From the human T2T-CHM13v2.0 reference genome, Homo sapiens: a DNA stretch of 64,000 nucleotides. Where the stretch lies: assembly GCF_009914755.1 (NCBI RefSeq), contig NC_060929.1; one strand, 5' to 3'. Positions 61,225-64,000 of this stretch are shown here, one piece after another. The notes under the pieces are model-generated. The model ran no database searches. It was not told where the DNA came from and saw only the letters and a program-made list of their open reading frames with translations. A program made the translations under genes and the position numbers. Positions within the stretch are counted from its first letter, which is position 1. Every line of letters begins with the position of its first letter.

Positions 61225-63289
61225 CTCTGGAAATTCCTATTCTAATATCTTGCTGATTTCACCCTCTAGATAATCTAAAATATTCTGTTTTCTTATTAAA
61301 ATAAATAATGTAACACTGTCTCACAAATTAAAATTTAACATTCACTAAATTGTTACTTTCAATTAAGAATATTTAATAAACTTCTTCATGCAGTATGCTA
61401 ATATTAAACATTTCAATGAATTTATTGTGCCTGTTGAATTCCCAATCCATTTGGAAGATTCTTCTTTAAAATTCTAAGACAGTAAAATTGACACTGACTT
61501 AATACATCTGTGTTCTTTATGATTTCTTAGTTTGCTCATAGATTTCCCTCCTCCAATATCATTATACATAGATTGGACAAAATATTTCCTAGTATCTGTC
61601 ATATAACTGAATATAATTCTTTTACATAGAATTAATGTAATATTTATTATTTCATTATTTTTTATTACTTTCTATTTTCATGTAGAGACTATAAATGAGC
61701 ACATATATTTACTTACTAAATTATTTTAACAGTTTTAAAAGAAAACACCCCTTATACGTCAAATAAAAAAGTGGAAAATATATTTTTCTCCTAAAATGTC
61801 TGACATAATTCTTTATCTCTAGTTTATAAGGGCTGGCCTCGAATACCTCTCAGGTCACTTACCAACATTCTACTTCCAAAGAAAGAGAAGCATATTTCAT
61901 TCAGTACTAGTCCATCTCCACTTTATTAGAAAGCAAATGAGTAGACACTTCTGGGTTACTTTATTCATAACAAATGCACAGAGTACTGCTGGATCCTCCC
62001 AGAGGGTCACAAAGATAGGAGATGGCTCTGAAAAGAAAAGTGCTAGTCCTTGGGGATTAGAATTCTTGAACCTGTCAGGAAGTTAAATGTGTCTCAGCTG
62101 AAGGCAGTTGTTCACTTAGACTTTCAAAAATGAAAATATTTTTGATAGATTAAAAAAGACCATTATAGATGGACAGATACACATACCTACATACACGCAC
62201 ACAAACACACACACGTAGATATATATTGCAAAAGGATGTGTGCAAATAAATCAGGGACACATGTATGGCTTGTTTTAGTAAAAATAGAGTCAAATTATAA
62301 AAAAAGAATTTTCTGCCACAATTGGCATGCTATTTCAGCTATAGCAGTCTTTCTAAACTCGATTCTCACATTCAGTTTTGGCCAGGACTTTTACTATTGC
62401 CATGGGAGATGTGAAGAATAAACAGGTACCAGCCCCTGTATAACTGGGATATGGTTGCACGGTTGTGGAGGACATTGATAATTTTTCTATATATTAGGGT
62501 GATGAGTGTGTAATATAATATATTTTAAAATTAGGCCACAATTTAAAGTTATCTAGGGTTAGTTTCTGCTCTATTACGAGCCACTTAATTCACTTCCATC
62601 AATTATGTAAATGTAGTTTGAATTTATGTATCCTTTGTCCTTTAGACAAGGTATGAAAACACATTTTATTTTTTTAGTTTCCTGTAGCTTAGCAATACTG
62701 TCTGCCACTTTAGTTTGCAGAATTGGAGGGTGGGAGTGGGGTTAGTTGAGGTTTCTGGGAAGCAAAGAATCTTAATGAGATCCTGGCCATCTCAAGATTA
62801 ACAGTTACGACAGTGTGCTTGGTTAGCCAGGGTGGCCCTAGCTAAGGTCTGTTGGCAGGAAGGAGCACCAAGAATTTCAAGGTGTCCTCCACAAGAAAGC
62901 CGATGACTCAAGTTCAACACAGAGCCACATGCATTCATGGGTGACTGTGAATTTTGGCATGAGATATGCTTTGCATTTGTTGTGCTGTATGCACTAGAGA
63001 ACAATGAATGTTGTGAAGAAAATTACAACATTTGAATTCATCACAACACATCTACAACTGTGGGCACCAGGTTGAGGTCAGTGAGTAGTACATCACTGCA
63101 CTTGTGAGACTGCAGGCAAATCAACCCTTCAGTGGAACATTTTTTTTTTTAAAAAGAGGATTTGGTTCCTGTAGGGCAGAGGTGGAGATAATTGGTGAAG
63201 ATATTAAGTTATTTGCACAATGTCTAGCACTTATTATGTGCTCTATAAATATTTGGTAAAAATAAGTATTGGTTATTATTGAGTATTAT

Positions 63290-63570
63290 AGAGAGGCAGT
63301 ATATTAGGATGAAATGTACACATTATTCAGGACCAAAAGGCTTTGGTACAAATTCAGCCTCTAAGTGAATTTAGGCAAAACTTTACAGATGCCTAGTATT
63401 TTGTAGTTCACAAAACATTTTAAAAAACAGCATGACAGCATGTCATTTAATTGCCCTCACCACCTCGACTTTCTCACCTGTGACACTGGAGAGACAGTAG
63501 CACCTGCCCTACCTCCTTTATGCACTCATGATTATGAAATATGATGACTTTGAAAGTACCATGTAAATGA
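63290..63570. mobile_element. MIR fragments
   Basis: gaggcagtatatt...acaaattcagcctct; gcatgtcatttaattgccctcaccacc; atgactttgaaagtac. Confidence 0.55.
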
Positions 63571-63869
63571 CAATAAGTTGTACACATGTTATTTATTATC
63601 CCTGTCATTATCAGGAGGTGGTACTGAGCTAGGATCCATGGGGCCAAATATATAGGCATGAGTGAAGGTTTAGCGGCTTTGCTTCAAACAATTTAAGTGG
63701 AAGTTCTGAAGACTCCAATATGCAAACAAGATATATGAAATTAAATGATAAAGAAGAAATGGTGATGTTTTTCAAATAGCTTTAGGTGATTGTATCTAAG
63801 TGAATTAATTTGTATTTATTAAACACTAAAATGAATCTATTAAGCACTTATGATAAATCTGACACAAGA

Positions 63870-63985
63870 CAATAAGCTTTATGGAAGCAGAGGCTGGGTC
63901 TGTCTTTGCTACCATTTTATCCCAGCATCTAGCTTTGATTAAACCAACAACATTGTGTTTGGTATGTTGGGGGTACATCAAAGTG
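63870..63985 (+). mobile_element. L2 3' remnant
   Basis: taagctttatggaagcagaggctgggtctgtctttgctaccattttatcccagcatctagc. Confidence 0.7.
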
Positions 63986-64000
63986 CAAGACATGGTCCCT

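Larger units (their letters stand above)
56664..61262 (-). mobile_element. Continuation of the old L1M (ORF2 5' part, ORF1, 5'UTR), interrupted by an L1MA fragment and THE1B
   Basis: Resumes after the TSD (catgctttttcttcatctgttgagatgatc); antisense EN peptide AEYTFFSSTHGVFSKIYHMLDHK; ORF1-like peptide at 59758-59943; 5' end ...ctattctaatatcttgctga at ~61240. Confidence 0.88.

Overview
AT-rich primate (human-like) genomic DNA, intergenic or deep intronic. I found no protein-coding exon, CpG island, tRNA or rRNA. The long ORFs in the track are repeat-derived (Alu, L1, ERVL) or chance. Much of the window is interspersed repeat: Alu/FLAM/FRAM, many L2 and MIR remnants, MER5/MER30/MADE1, MaLR and ERVL LTRs, and a nested L1 block at ~49.1-61.3 kb. 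All subfamily calls and alignments were made by eye from remembered consensus sequences and need RepeatMasker/Dfam confirmation. I cannot support a claim of a wholly new biological system. The best observations are: (1) a full-length decayed L1PA whose TSDs also enclose ~190 bp of non-L1 5' sequence ending in an apparent parental TSD, i.e. a probable 5' transduction, with an altered YY1 site; (2) a U6 snRNA/L1 3'-end chimeric retrocopy; (3) several local inverted or templated duplications consistent with template switching, two of them bracketing (TA)n tracts; (4) an ancient L2-clade ORF2 remnant resembling non-mammalian L2 elements; (5) candidate minus-strand non-coding exons and enhancer-like unique segments.
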